Shown: piece after piece, positions 1 through 11,200 of the stretch
Position numbering within the stretch: the stretch's first letter is position 1
How the letters are laid out: every line of letters starts with the position of its first letter
NCBI GenBank assembly: GCA_002104905.1
Contig: MCFE01000074.1
Span: forward strand, 1 to 64,000
Source: Basidiobolus meristosporus CBS 931.73
Taxonomy: Eukaryota > Fungi > Basidiobolomycota
Reading direction: 5' to 3'
Length of the DNA stretch: 64,000 nt
Translations under genes and position numbers: made by a program
Notes under the pieces: generated by a model
Told to the model about the DNA's origin: nothing
What the model saw: only the letters and a program-made list of their open reading frames with translations
Databases searched by the model: none

Positions 1-923
1 AAGCGCCGACCTATAACGCTTGTTGCAAGCGCATATGCTGAAGCGACCAGATACCTACCTGGTTCTGCAATAACCCGGATGTTACTTGGAAAGAGCTGTT
101 TCAAGCCAATGTTGATTCTATTCGCTATGTCAACAAAGTCCCCGTCATATTTCAAATCGCCGGGAAAGCCACCTCCGATATCCAACAGTTTGAATTGATA
201 TCCATAAGTCACCCCAATATCAAAGACCTCCCGGGCCTGGATTAGCGCTCTCTCGTAGGAGACTGAGTCGAAGCACATGCAGCCAACATGGAAGCTTACG
301 CCTACCACATTCACATTGAGATCCTTGGCTTTGTGTAGGAGAGTGCTCACAGTAGACAATGGAGCACCTGCTTTGCTACCCAAGCTGTACTTGGATTTGG
401 ATCCTTCAATCAGAATACGAATAACTGCTTCCGCATCCGGGTAATAGCGGACGATTTTACGAAGTTCTGCGATGTTGTCGAAGGTCATTAAGGCAACCTT
501 TTGCTTCTTGGCAAACTGCAGGTGAGTAGTAGCTTTTACCACGTTTGCGTAGATGATCCTAGACGGGGAGACTCCTTGATCAAGAATGTATTGGATTTCT
601 CCCTTGCTCGCGCAATCAAAGCCGATCCCTTCGTCGCATAGGATCTTGACAATCTGTGGATCCGGGTTACACTTCAGAGCGTAGAAGGGTTGAACCATGG
701 GAAGAAGCCTCCTCCATTCTGTCAGTCTCTTTATCACCTCTCCCACATCGGCGATTATGAACGGGTCGTCGTTGTTCAGTCGAGTCCTTACCTCAAGCTC
801 TACTCTGAGAGCCTCGCTTATTGAGCTTACATTTATCTTGGGAGTATCCATGTTGCGTGAATGAACCCCTCCACTGAAGCTTTTATATTCTTGGAAACGC
901 TCATAGTAGGTAAGCTCCATCAT
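1..923 (-). CDS. SPE1: Ornithine decarboxylase family (group IV PLP-dependent decarboxylase), intronless, 3' end runs off the window
   Basis: Manual translation of the minus strand from ATGATG at 923/920 gives an open frame to the window edge. It contains PFYALKCN (PLP lysine), GFDCAS, SFHVG, LLDIGGGFPG and IAEPGRY. Not in the ORF track because it is truncated. Confidence 0.9.
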   Translation of the reverse strand, partial: MMELTYYERFQEYKSFSGGVHSRNMDTPKINVSSISEALRVELEVRTRLNNDDPFIIADVGEVIKRLTEWRRLLPMVQPFYALKCNPDPQIVKILCDEGIGFDCASKGEIQYILDQGVSPSRIIYANVVKATTHLQFAKKQKVALMTFDNIAELRKIVRYYPDAEAVIRILIEGSKSKYSLGSKAGAPLSTVSTLLHKAKDLNVNVVGVSFHVGCMCFDSVSYERALIQAREVFDIGVTYGYQFKLLDIGGGFPGDLKYDGDFVDIANRINIGLKQLFPSNIRVIAEPGRYLVASAYALATSVIGRR

Positions 924-3199
924 ATCGGTGCTGAATAACTAGTATCGCGAAGAATGAATAGCTTTGGTTGCCAATGCGCTACACCAATTGCATATATGCA
1001 GCGAATGGGATCACCAGCTATGCGATGTAGTATGCAGCCTTGTGTTGCTATATATCTGTGGAAGCCATCAGCATTTGTCTGAGCAAAATCGTGTGGCCAG
1101 CCAGCATTCAAAGCTATCGCATTAATCAAACACCTGTGCTTGTTATTGTGGCATATTAGAGGTTTGATTAATTTCCTATCTTCTAAAACCAAGTCGCATC
1201 TGGCACCGCTCAATGTAGCTGCATATGATAGGCACGAATAGGCCACCGTCATCAGTTCTACCTCATCAACTCGTTTGCCCGAAACGCCTCATGATCTCGA
1301 CCGAAATTGAGGGAATCTTCGCTTCGAGGGACAAATAAGATCAAAAAAGTGGGCAATGCAGAAAATGTGTGCCTTTATTGATGCAAAAGCAACCAGGCAA
1401 GCCAATCGGCGGAATAGATGCGACTCAAAGATGTGAGCTCTGGCTGCTATACGAGATACGTGATTCCTCGTTATGCGATTTTGAGGTCAGTTTGGGAAGT
1501 TGCTTTGTTTGAGATGAAACTTGATATGTCGACTTTGCATGTCCCTGTGTATTAATTAGTTGTAGGTAAAGATTCCTGTTGCGGTGACCAATGCGTATGA
1601 TTCCTGTAGCGGTGACCAATGCGTATATGTCGGAGAAGCTTCATCTATTTCTGCATTCGGCTGTCACTGTTGTGATCACAGGGACCTGATCGAATGAAAC
1701 CATACGTGGTCACTTGGGAACAAGTGCTGTTGGTAACATAGCATTCGGGACTCTTTGATTGGTCGGAGATAAAGGATCTGATCCCTCATTGAACTATCCA
1801 TATGGTAGCTGCATATTACCAGAAATCGAGATTGTGGGGGTTATGTATTCAGGTGGCCTGATTATGTGAAGCATATGGTCCTAACCGGTATTCTGCGGGT
1901 ATTTTTCATTCAGTTGTTCAGATGCTTATAACGAAGGAACTAGCGAGCTGATTGACGCCTAGTATGATGCCTACACTATCTCAAGGCCTTCTTGTTGTAA
2001 ATTGTGTACTCACGCCCAACTATGAACTTTGACTCACCTATCTTAGATCACAGCTTAGGAACTCTACAATTTCCTGCCCAAATTCTACTTCATTTACACA
2101 AGCGACACACAATGACACAGCCTAATTGTAGCTCAAATGGCTTGTACTCTTCCTCCTGAAGCACAAAACCCGATTTTCTAGCTGTTATTTCATTTTTAGT
2201 TTATGCAATTGCTTAAGCAGAGGTGAAGATTAACTAGCTTACTGGATAATACTGATTATAGTCAATCATAGCAATAAAAAAAGCTGTGGAGTATTACTGC
2301 TATGAGTATTTTGGAGATATTGTCGGTGATTGTGAGAGCCGACATATTGTATAGCTTTTGTTGGTTAAATTTGGCAATCTCTACATCCTGGGTACTCCAC
2401 ATTTTGGTGACAATATTTCAATTGTTGGTGGAATGCTAGTTGGTCTATTCTCCCCCTGAAAACGATGCCTGCTTGTCAGCTGCAAAGTTAGTACCTGAGA
2501 TATTGAGAGTTTTCACTTTTGGGAAAGTTGGAATTCAGCCGATATTATGATGGTATTCTGCTGGCCTTTTGTTAACATCAACACTGATCTCAAGAGCTTT
2601 AATATTCCTCTAGGGATATATCAAACGCATCATGTTTGTGCGGAAAGAGCTTGACATGGGCATGCACAAGGCCAACACTGCATTATTTAGTCTAGATGTA
2701 CTGGTATGCTGGCAATAGAAATGCTTTAGGGCATAGCAAAGGGCCTTATAGTGTTGTATACAAGCCAAAGCCTGCGCTTTAACGATATGATTGTGGAGCC
2801 CTAATTGGTATTAGTGCAAATCACATGGCATAACACAAACACCAAGAATGACTCCCTAATAGAGCAATTTGCCCAACAAACACATGACTCCACGGATCCT
2901 ATACCTGCCTATGCTATATATATTTGCAGTCAATCAAGGGAGAATCTGGGCTGCCATACTTTAGTTGTACCATCAGTTTATTCATACTTTTCTAATTCTG
3001 AATTAGCTGATAAGCCTCTGAATCCATTGAATATTATAACAGTGCCACTGCGAGCTTTTTCTCACGATTACCTTGTTCGAATTGACAGATAGGATGATGA
3101 TCATTCTTAGCTCTCAAGAAAGTGGCTATCCATACATACTGGCAGCTAAATCCGGAAATTTCTATTCCGTCGTGTAATTTGAATGAAGATCACTACTTT

Positions 3200-3883
3200 T
3201 CAATAGCAATGTGTCTTTAAAGTCTCAGATATCCAGGCCGAATTGGAGAGCACATCGCAAAATACATGCTCTGTTTTCAAGATTGTTGAGCCCATGGTCT
3301 TGCCGTTCACAACGCCAGCAACAGAGCACAGGTTTCCATCGCAGTTAAACAATGGTCCACCAGAATCCCGGAATGCAATACCTGATACGCCGTCCGCAAC
3401 TGGCAAAGTAATACCTTCAGAAGAGTATTTAGCCTGGACTGGATACTGGTAAAACTGAAGCACCTTGGGAAGAGTGTAGTCATTTAAAAAACCCCATCCT
3501 GCGACAGCGACGTTGTCCTTTACTGCGGTACTTGTCAGGTTATAGCCCATATTGTGGCATTCGGATAGCACAGCAATCTCCATGTCATAGCATCTTGTGT
3601 CACTGTAATCGGGCGAGAACGACGACGTGATCTCAGATTTCTTGGTCGACTCCACCACGACAGAATCCTTGAAATCTGGGAGCATGACCTCACCAAGTCT
3701 ATTCTTTGCAAGGCAATGATGAGCAGTCAACACACACTTGTTACCAACCAATGCACCGGTGCAATCATCATTGACTTTGACAACCCCTCGTAGAAATGAA
3801 TTCGTCGCAAAACCTCCGTTGATGATTGCGTTCGTAGTAAGTGGTATGCAAGCAGCAGACAGAGCCAGGAATATTGGATTCCT
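3200..3883 (-). CDS. Secreted trypsin/chymotrypsin-fold (S1) serine protease or protease homolog
   Basis: Signal peptide MRNPIFLALSAACIPLTTNA followed directly by an IING mature N-terminus. Motifs CTGALV..CVLTAHHC (His), EIAVL (Asp region), VAGWG and DSGGPL (Ser). The ORF track start at 3907 is 8 codons upstream. Confidence 0.85.
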   Translation of the reverse strand, partial: RNPIFLALSAACIPLTTNAIINGGFATNSFLRGVVKVNDDCTGALVGNKCVLTAHHCLAKNRLGEVMLPDFKDSVVVESTKKSEITSSFSPDYSDTRCYDMEIAVLSECHNMGYNLTSTAVKDNVAVAGWGFLNDYTLPKVLQFYQYPVQAKYSSEGITLPVADGVSGIAFRDSGGPLFNCDGNLCSVAGVVNGKTMGSTILKTEHVFCDVLSNSAWISETLKTHCY

Positions 3884-5283
3884 CATACTATCTATGTGAG
3901 TAAGCAATAGATAAGTAAGGATAGATGTTGAATTGCAACTAAACGTTTCAAGATCTGGCTTATATGCTTAGTTGGCGCGCTACACTATTATTAGGGCAAT
4001 CTCCAGATTCGTGCGGTTTCAATTTTGGGCGTTTAAAACTTCTAAAAAACCGGTAAATAGGCTGGATAACGTCATCCTATGGCTGTCTGCGAATCAACCT
4101 GTTGGGGAGTAGAGACCCGTGTGCAGAAATAGGGTGGCTTTCTTCGTTCTCTCGATTGGTGCTACGAACGGGCTCATAATCAACTGCAGAGGTTCAAGCT
4201 ATTAAAAGTATGTTGGATACTTTGGCCATGTCATCGCTTTGGCTTGGATGAAATAGTAACTCTTCCAGTAACACACGCGCCTGTGTAAGTAAGCAAGGAT
4301 AGGTACCATTACTTACCATACATTACCGAAAATATCGACTGAGGAGGCAATCGATGTACTTATTTATCTTTTAGAACTTCTTTGGCCGTTAGCTAAGTTT
4401 ACAGCAAATGGCGGGCACTCTGGCAACAATGTTTGATAGATAGCTACACGAACAGTATTTTCCTTCCGTGTGGTTTGGCTCGAAAGTACACGATGTTGAG
4501 TTCCTATATCAGCGCTATATTCTACACTTCAACAATTTTGAAAGAATAGACATTTTCAAACTGATACCATTCTACAGAGTTTCTAAAGGCTATACAATGC
4601 GGAGATTCTGGCAAACTGTACTCTGCATATTAAGAGAGGACTAGTTATCCTGAACCAAATAACCAGCCTAGATTGTATCGTGGCAACCTATCGTTCTTTG
4701 ACATATAAATTTGGGACTATCAGTGTACTCTAGGTAGGAGCCTTTGAGCATGGTGTCGGAAAAGTGATTGACTCTATTTACCAAAAAGCTCCTTTTCTTC
4801 CCTTTCGAGGTTATGAGTGCTTGCGAACAATCTCGGGAAATACTAGTTTCTTCAATAGCGCCACCATTCTTTGTGGTAGCCTTGCCGTAGTCAATCTGTT
4901 AGATCAATTAGTGAACCAATAGATCTTCATGTTAGGCTAAATTTTCTATGAGCATAGTCTTATGGTGATTGGATGTTAGTAAACTCAATGGCTTCTCATT
5001 TTAATGTGGTTATCGTTTGCTATCTACCAAAGGCTAGGCTCAATCGAGATTGAGATATGTTGTAAACTTAAGTTCCATATATGGTATCGATGGTCATGAG
5101 TTCCAAGCAAGAGAAGACCAGGATTGACATGCTAAATTTGTACACCATCCTGGAACATGAAGCCGATTCTGGTAGGGTATTGAATTTATCGAAGCCCCAA
5201 GTTATGTCTGAAAGAAGGATGAAGTATAAATACTCTTAATAGCAGTAACTGATCAGCATCTAAAAATCAAACCATACAACGAA

Positions 5284-5823
5284 ATGGTTAAACTTGTGTC
5301 GCTTTTCTCTGCTGCAGTTTTGGCCACAACTAGTTTCTTGAGCTCAGGTATCCAGGCGCTGCCTACCGCTACCACTGCCACTCAGAGCCCATCCAACTGC
5401 ACCAAGCCAGCTGAAGTACAAGACAACCTCACCGTGCTTAGCGAGCTCTACAACGAATGCCCGCTCCAGTTCCGCTTCGACAATGGTCAGTGTACTGACT
5501 GGGCTGATGCTCGCTACTACCAACTCACCTGCTACCATACTCAGTGGTGGGGTAACGCCAAGACCTGGCCGGAGAGCGCCATGAACACCCCGGGATGGGT
5601 TGTGTCCGATGAGCCCCGTGTTCCCTCAATCATTGCCATCCAGCCAGGCTACCAGGGCTGCGATGAGTATGGCCACGTCGCGGTAGTGGAGAGCATCAAT
5701 GATGACGGCAGCGTATACACCAGTGACTGGAACTACTATATCAACGGATATGGCGGCCCATACGTGACTACTTACGTTAACTTCTGGCCTGGGGAAGGAG
5801 TATCTTTCATCTGGCATGAATAG
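5284..5823 (+). CDS. Secreted CHAP-domain peptidoglycan hydrolase, copy A (179 aa)
   Basis: Signal peptide plus GQCTDWA (Cys70), WGNAKTW, YGHVAVVE (His131) and SDWNY (Asp148/Asn150). TATAAATA about 55 nt upstream; no introns. Confidence 0.9.
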   Translation: MVKLVSLFSAAVLATTSFLSSGIQALPTATTATQSPSNCTKPAEVQDNLTVLSELYNECPLQFRFDNGQCTDWADARYYQLTCYHTQWWGNAKTWPESAMNTPGWVVSDEPRVPSIIAIQPGYQGCDEYGHVAVVESINDDGSVYTSDWNYYINGYGGPYVTTYVNFWPGEGVSFIWHE

Positions 5824-6416
5824 AATAGTCAATATACCTTGAAAATATCATTTGGCATGCCTAGACGCCATACAATTAAATTTAGTGTATAAAATAAACA
5901 AGAGTGAAAATACGGATCTTATAATTCTTGGTAACCTACTGGATAAAAGAGCATTTTCTGGGCTGTAATAGTGATGAATTGTTCAAGTTGGGAGCATATA
6001 CAAATGCAAAGAATACAGTTTCCAAATGATAAAATCCCCCATAATTGCATGTACACCATAATAAAGAATTCGGTTGAACACTAGGCATCTTGATTTTTCC
6101 GCATATCTATAACTCATACGCTCTAATCAAGGTTCAATCGGAACTGCAGTTTGTCGAGTGCAAATCTCCACCTGAATAAATATTACTACCTGGTATTCTA
6201 AAATGAGACTTTCGTGGGGTGTATGGTCCAGATCCAACCTGGAAATCCAGGGAAATTTAACTCGAATATCCTCTAGATTTGGCAGGTATCCAGAAGTACT
6301 AGGCCATATTGGGTAAGTGGATTTCAATCCAGTAATAATTGGATTGAACTGTACTCTGGTGTATAAATAATGCCATGCTAGGGCACAAATTTGACATCTT
6401 TGAATTCTCACAAAAA

Positions 6417-6956
6417 ATGGTCAAATTCACCTCGATTCTTTCTGCTGCAGTTTTGGCCGCAACTAGCTTCCTGGCCTCAGGTATCCACGCACTGCCTACC
6501 ACTACCGCTGCCACTCAGAGCCCATCCAACTGCACCAAGCCAGCTGAAGTACAAGGCAACCTCACCGTGCTTAGCGAGCTCTACAACGAATGCCCCCTCC
6601 AGTTCCGCTTCGACAATGGTCAGTGTACTGACTGGGCTGATGCCCGCTACTACCAACTCACCTGCTACCACACTCAGTGGTGGGGTAACGCCAAGACCTG
6701 GCCGGAGAGCGCCATGAACACCCCGGGATGGGTTGTGTCCGATGAGCCCCGTGTTCCCTCAATCATTGCCATCCAGCCAGGCTACCAGGGCTGCGATGAG
6801 TATGGCCACGTCGCGGTAGTGGAGAGCATCAATGATGACGGCAGCGTATACACCAGTGACTGGAACTACTATATCAACGGATATGGCGGCCCATACGTGA
6901 CCACTTACGTTAACTTCTGGCCTGGGGAAGGAGTATCTTTCATCTGGCATGAGTAA
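6417..6956 (+). CDS. Secreted CHAP-domain peptidoglycan hydrolase, copy B (179 aa)
   Basis: Same motifs as copy A. Start placed at MVKF (6417) by homology with copies A and C; TATAAATA at 6362-6369. Confidence 0.9.
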   Translation: MVKFTSILSAAVLAATSFLASGIHALPTTTAATQSPSNCTKPAEVQGNLTVLSELYNECPLQFRFDNGQCTDWADARYYQLTCYHTQWWGNAKTWPESAMNTPGWVVSDEPRVPSIIAIQPGYQGCDEYGHVAVVESINDDGSVYTSDWNYYINGYGGPYVTTYVNFWPGEGVSFIWHE

Positions 6957-7319
6957 AAAAATCAGTTCCGAACTTATACATATACCTCTTTGAACGCTAG
7001 TACTGCTCAGATAAAATCTTTAAATCGGAATTTACGTTTTGTTTCTCCAATTTATATACAATACCAATACAAATACAGGAGACAAAAGTTACTTACTGAA
7101 CGATAGTTATGCAAACAATTAAGCCAAAGTGATATGCCTTAAAGAGGACTGCACTAGATGATTACAAGCATTGATTGAACCTAACTGATAAATATAACTC
7201 GATCCACTACTTATGGTTTTGAATCGGTTGATTTCTAAAGAATTCGTAAGAATGGTGGCAAAAAGGCGGTCTTATCAACATCCATTATATTTGGTTAGAT
7301 TTGACAATCATTCAAGAAA

Positions 7320-7580
7320 TCCCAAGTATCTGATAGTTTCCTTGGAATGGTTGGAGCCCATGAACACTAGTCTGCATTTGGTAATCAGATTTCAATCCAA
7401 TGGCCGTTGAATTGAACTTGACAGCCTCATTATCTGGCGAAAACCCATGTGCAGATAAGAGCCGACTGTTGACTAATCAATATCGTCGGCCCGTATGTGA
7501 CCACTAATGTTAACTTCTGGCCCGGAGAAGGAGTATCTTTCATCTGGCATGAATAAAATAGTCAATACACCTTTAAGATA
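7320..7580 (+). pseudogene. Internally deleted CHAP relic: promoter/leader homolog fused to the last 22 codons
   Basis: 7488-7556 encodes GPYVTTNVNFWPGEGVSFIWHE*, followed by a 3' flank resembling copy A (aatagtcaatac). Upstream, ataagagccgactg..atatc resembles the copy C leader (ataagagtcgactg..gatatc), and gatttcaatcc..ttgaattgaac resembles the B/C promoters. Confidence 0.75.
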
Positions 7581-8118
7581 CCATTGAAAATACCGTGAAC
7601 TGAAATGCTAACAAATTCGAATTTCATATGTAAAATATAAAAGATCACATCTATAAATTATATTGATTTATTTCGAAACTCCTTGTAAATTTTAGACGAT
7701 CAATAAGCAGTGACCTCCAGTATATAGAACGTGAAACTAAACATGGTGATATGAAGGTTGGGCACCGTAGCAAAAAATACAGAGCATTTGTTACCTTATC
7801 TACCTATCAAGCAATCAAAGAAATACAAAAGTGTGGACGACTTTGGTGTAAAATCTTATTTTACAGTCACAACTGGTGCTTACCACATATGGGAATTCCA
7901 GTCCAGATTCAATCCAGAAATCTGAGAAACACATGAGCAAAGAACCCCTCCCCTTTTGGCAGGTATCCAGAAAACCTAAGCTATATTAGGTAAGTGGATT
8001 TCGATCTAAAGGTAATTGGATTGAATTGGATTATCTCGTTTTCCGACGAATAACCATGTATAAATAAGAGTCGACTGGTGGCTAATTCGATATCTTCAAG
8101 TCCTCCCACTTACAAACA

Positions 8119-8658
8119 ATGGTCAAATTCACCTCGATTCTTTCTGCTGCAGTTTTGGCCGCAACTAGCTTCCTGGCCTCAGGTATCCACGCACTGCCTA
8201 CCACTACCGCTGCCACTCAGAGCCCATCCAACTGCACCAAGCCAGCTGAAGTACAAGGCAACCTCACCGTGCTTAGCGAGCTCTACAACGAATGCCCCCT
8301 CCAGTTCCGCTTCGACAATGGTCAGTGTACTGACTGGGCTGATGCTCGCTACTACCAACTCACCTGCTACCATACTCAGTGGTGGGGTAACGCCAAGACC
8401 TGGCCGGAGAGCGCCATGAACACCCCGGGATGGGTTGTGTCCGATGAGCCCCGTGTTCCCTCAATCATTGCCATCCAGCCAGGCTACCAGGGCTGCGATG
8501 AGTATGGCCACGTCGCGGTAGTGGAGAGCATCAATGATGACGGCAGCGTATACACCAGTGACTGGAACTACTATATCAACGGATATGGCGGCCCATACGT
8601 GACCACTTACGTTAACTTCTGGCCTGGGGAAGGAGTATCTTTCATCTGGCACGAGTAG
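8119..8658 (+). CDS. Secreted CHAP-domain peptidoglycan hydrolase, copy C (179 aa, protein identical to copy B)
   Basis: Same motifs; TATAAATA about 60 nt upstream. Confidence 0.9.
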   Translation: MVKFTSILSAAVLAATSFLASGIHALPTTTAATQSPSNCTKPAEVQGNLTVLSELYNECPLQFRFDNGQCTDWADARYYQLTCYHTQWWGNAKTWPESAMNTPGWVVSDEPRVPSIIAIQPGYQGCDEYGHVAVVESINDDGSVYTSDWNYYINGYGGPYVTTYVNFWPGEGVSFIWHE

Positions 8659-10480
8659 AATACTCATATTTGAACCTATGCATACCCCAGTTGGATACCA
8701 TTTAGACAGAATTCCTCGCATCTCAATAAAACTATTGAATAGAACCTTATTATTAATGTCCAACACTAGTCAAAGTGATAGCCAATGGTGATACTAGTAT
8801 CTAGCTAAGGCCATTCTGTCTAGAATGCAACTGTTGTTACCACCATTGCCATATCTAAGGATACCAAAGTTTAACATTAATTCGGTTTGTATCTGCAGGA
8901 ATTCACCTTCTTTGGTTCAGTAACCATATTCAAGAGCTTCATAATATATCTCTCTTAGTAATGTGAATTCATACTTGGTTCCCGTTACTTCATCAGTTAT
9001 TTACCATTCTTATCACACCTTCCTCCTATTGCTCAAAATAGTAGCCTTCATATTCAGGAGTCATACAGTCTACTGTGCGACTTACCAGCTAAATCTCCTT
9101 CATTTCACATATTAGCTAGTACGTTACAGTTGTAGGTATTACTTCATTACTTCAGCTACGACAAAGATTCCACTTATTAGCGACAGTTTCCCTCCTCCCA
9201 TTAGCATATTGAGTATTTGCAAACCTTTTGTGTAGCCTCCTTGAATTTTTTGCAAAATTATACTCTTACAAACTTGAACGATTGAAAACAACACTTTTAA
9301 GTTTCTACGTCGACTGACCAAGATTGCAAAAGATAATTAAATATGAATGGTAACCAAACTAAGAGCACTACTCAAGTCCTTGAACTTCTTGACACCATGC
9401 CGGTTAACATACGCTTGAAAGGTAGAATTCCTGGTATATTCAAACATTTCTCCCCCAAAGAGATCAAGTAGATTACTCGTAGCATAAACCCGTCACTATA
9501 GCTACGGCTTTCCTGTTGTAAGAGCGCGGTGGGCAAGCCGGATTCAATGGGGTCATAGAGTTGCACATGCTTGTGTTGTTTGAGGGTCATTTGTGCTATA
9601 TTTATAGATACTAAGAAAAGAAGTCAACAGGTAAAATTGGCGAGTAATGTGGGATTTCTGGTCATTAATTTGACAACAGCTCTTAGATGCAAAACATGAA
9701 ACCTAGCCACTGGCTTTCTCGGAAGCTGTAAGCAATACAGGTTTGTTGGCTTTGATTTGGTAAATGTGAATATTGAGGTGTAAACACGACTTGCACGACA
9801 ATACAAGCATTTCAAGAATACTGGAGAAAAATCTAGATTGATGCTTTAGTTAGGAGTCTAAGAGTTGGCTGGTCTACAAGTAATAAATGTATGGCCTGTA
9901 GAAGATTTTGTGAAGAGTATAATGACGATGCATAGTATGGTCCTGAATTCTGGTTTTTGCTGCTTTTGATGATGATGATTTCCTTGGCCAAAGCAATGTT
10001 GATAAATCATGCTGTTCTCCGTTGTTTTCCCTTTCTATGCAACAATACCTTGAGCACTACCGATTCATTACGATTTTTATGTAACCTATGTATCACTTGG
10101 ACTATGTTATACACTTTAATTAAGATATTACAAATGTCGTTGGGGCTGTTTTCAAATTGAAATGGGGCATTCGCTTACCAACGCCGGCTTCCCTCTAATT
10201 GAGTGGATTTTCAGGAATTTGAAGGTATAGCTAATATGTTTAACAACAAACCATGTATTAACGAAAGGTGTAGCTACGTTGCTCTTACTCCATAATTTCT
10301 ACCGCATACAATCAATGCTATAGGAGAATGGTATTCATATATCAACAACTAGACGAAATATAATACGCAAATAATGCTACAGATAGGACCAAAAGCAAAC
10401 AACATAGACGCGCATGTCTTGTAACTATTTCGAGACTAAAATGACGTTAAATGGAGAACCTAGCCCTCCCTTCTCCCAGC

Positions 10481-10786
10481 TCAATGGCCAACATCGCTCC
10501 GACTTTGGCAGTGACCATGCTGTGAACTAACGCTGGAATCGTGGTAGGTAGGTGGAGGCGAATCTATCTCAGGTGGATAGTATGCAGGAAGCGTTTCACT
10601 CCGTGCCGTATGCTGACGACTTTGTGAGTTATTTTGTCGACCCGGTGGTTTGCCTTCAAATAGTGAGCATGTTATCAAAAGGGACGATTAAATACAAAGC
10701 TTACTTTTACAACACAGTACAATACCCAGCCCGAATAACGGAATGCCAAATGCGCCAACTAAGATGTAAAGAGTGCCACTGTCCAT
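10481..10786 (-). CDS. 84-aa single-pass membrane microprotein with PY motifs (2 exons: 10786-10705, 10653-10481)
   Basis: A 51-nt GTAAG..GCTCAC..AG intron joins MDSGTLYILVGAFGIPLFGLGIVLCCK (TM helix plus CC) in frame to a tail containing LPAY and PPPTY. Confidence 0.7.
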
Positions 10787-11200
10787 GGAAAAGAGTTTTG
10801 ATAGGAATGACTAGGGTAAGATAATAAGGTTTTATGGGCATCTCGTGTACTACATAATGAACCACAAAGAGGTAGTACAGGTTTCTGTACAAAATACCAA
10901 CCAGTTCATAGCTTAATAGGTTCTGTTATGTCGCACCACACTCGGTGGAGATCGTGCCTATGCTTAAGCATGAAATTGGAGTATCTGAGAATGCTATCGA
11001 ACTGATATTATTAAACTGGTGAATAGAACTGGAGAAGGTGATCAAACGCCTAGCAACGAACCAAATCCAATTACAGCCAATTACCTCAACTCGGAAGCGC
11101 CGGGCCAATGGTCAATCATACTATTGCCAAAAGCGGCTACTATTACCTGGTAAACTGCAAAATCAGTATATATCGATATATGTATATATATATCCCTCTT

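Noticed and set aside
2300-2640. Possible LRR/F-box remnant on the minus strand (NIKALEIS, FPKVKTLNISG)
   Set aside because: Only short motif-like fragments with stops; cannot be supported without a search.
5284-8658. Bacterial contamination as the source of the CHAP genes
   Set aside because: No Shine-Dalgarno or operon structure; TATA boxes, eukaryotic-type signal peptides and contiguity with intron-containing fungal genes. Long reads should still confirm the contig.
8900-10400. Short ORFs of 60-72 aa
   Set aside because: No motifs or signals; AT-rich intergenic or unrecognisably decayed sequence.
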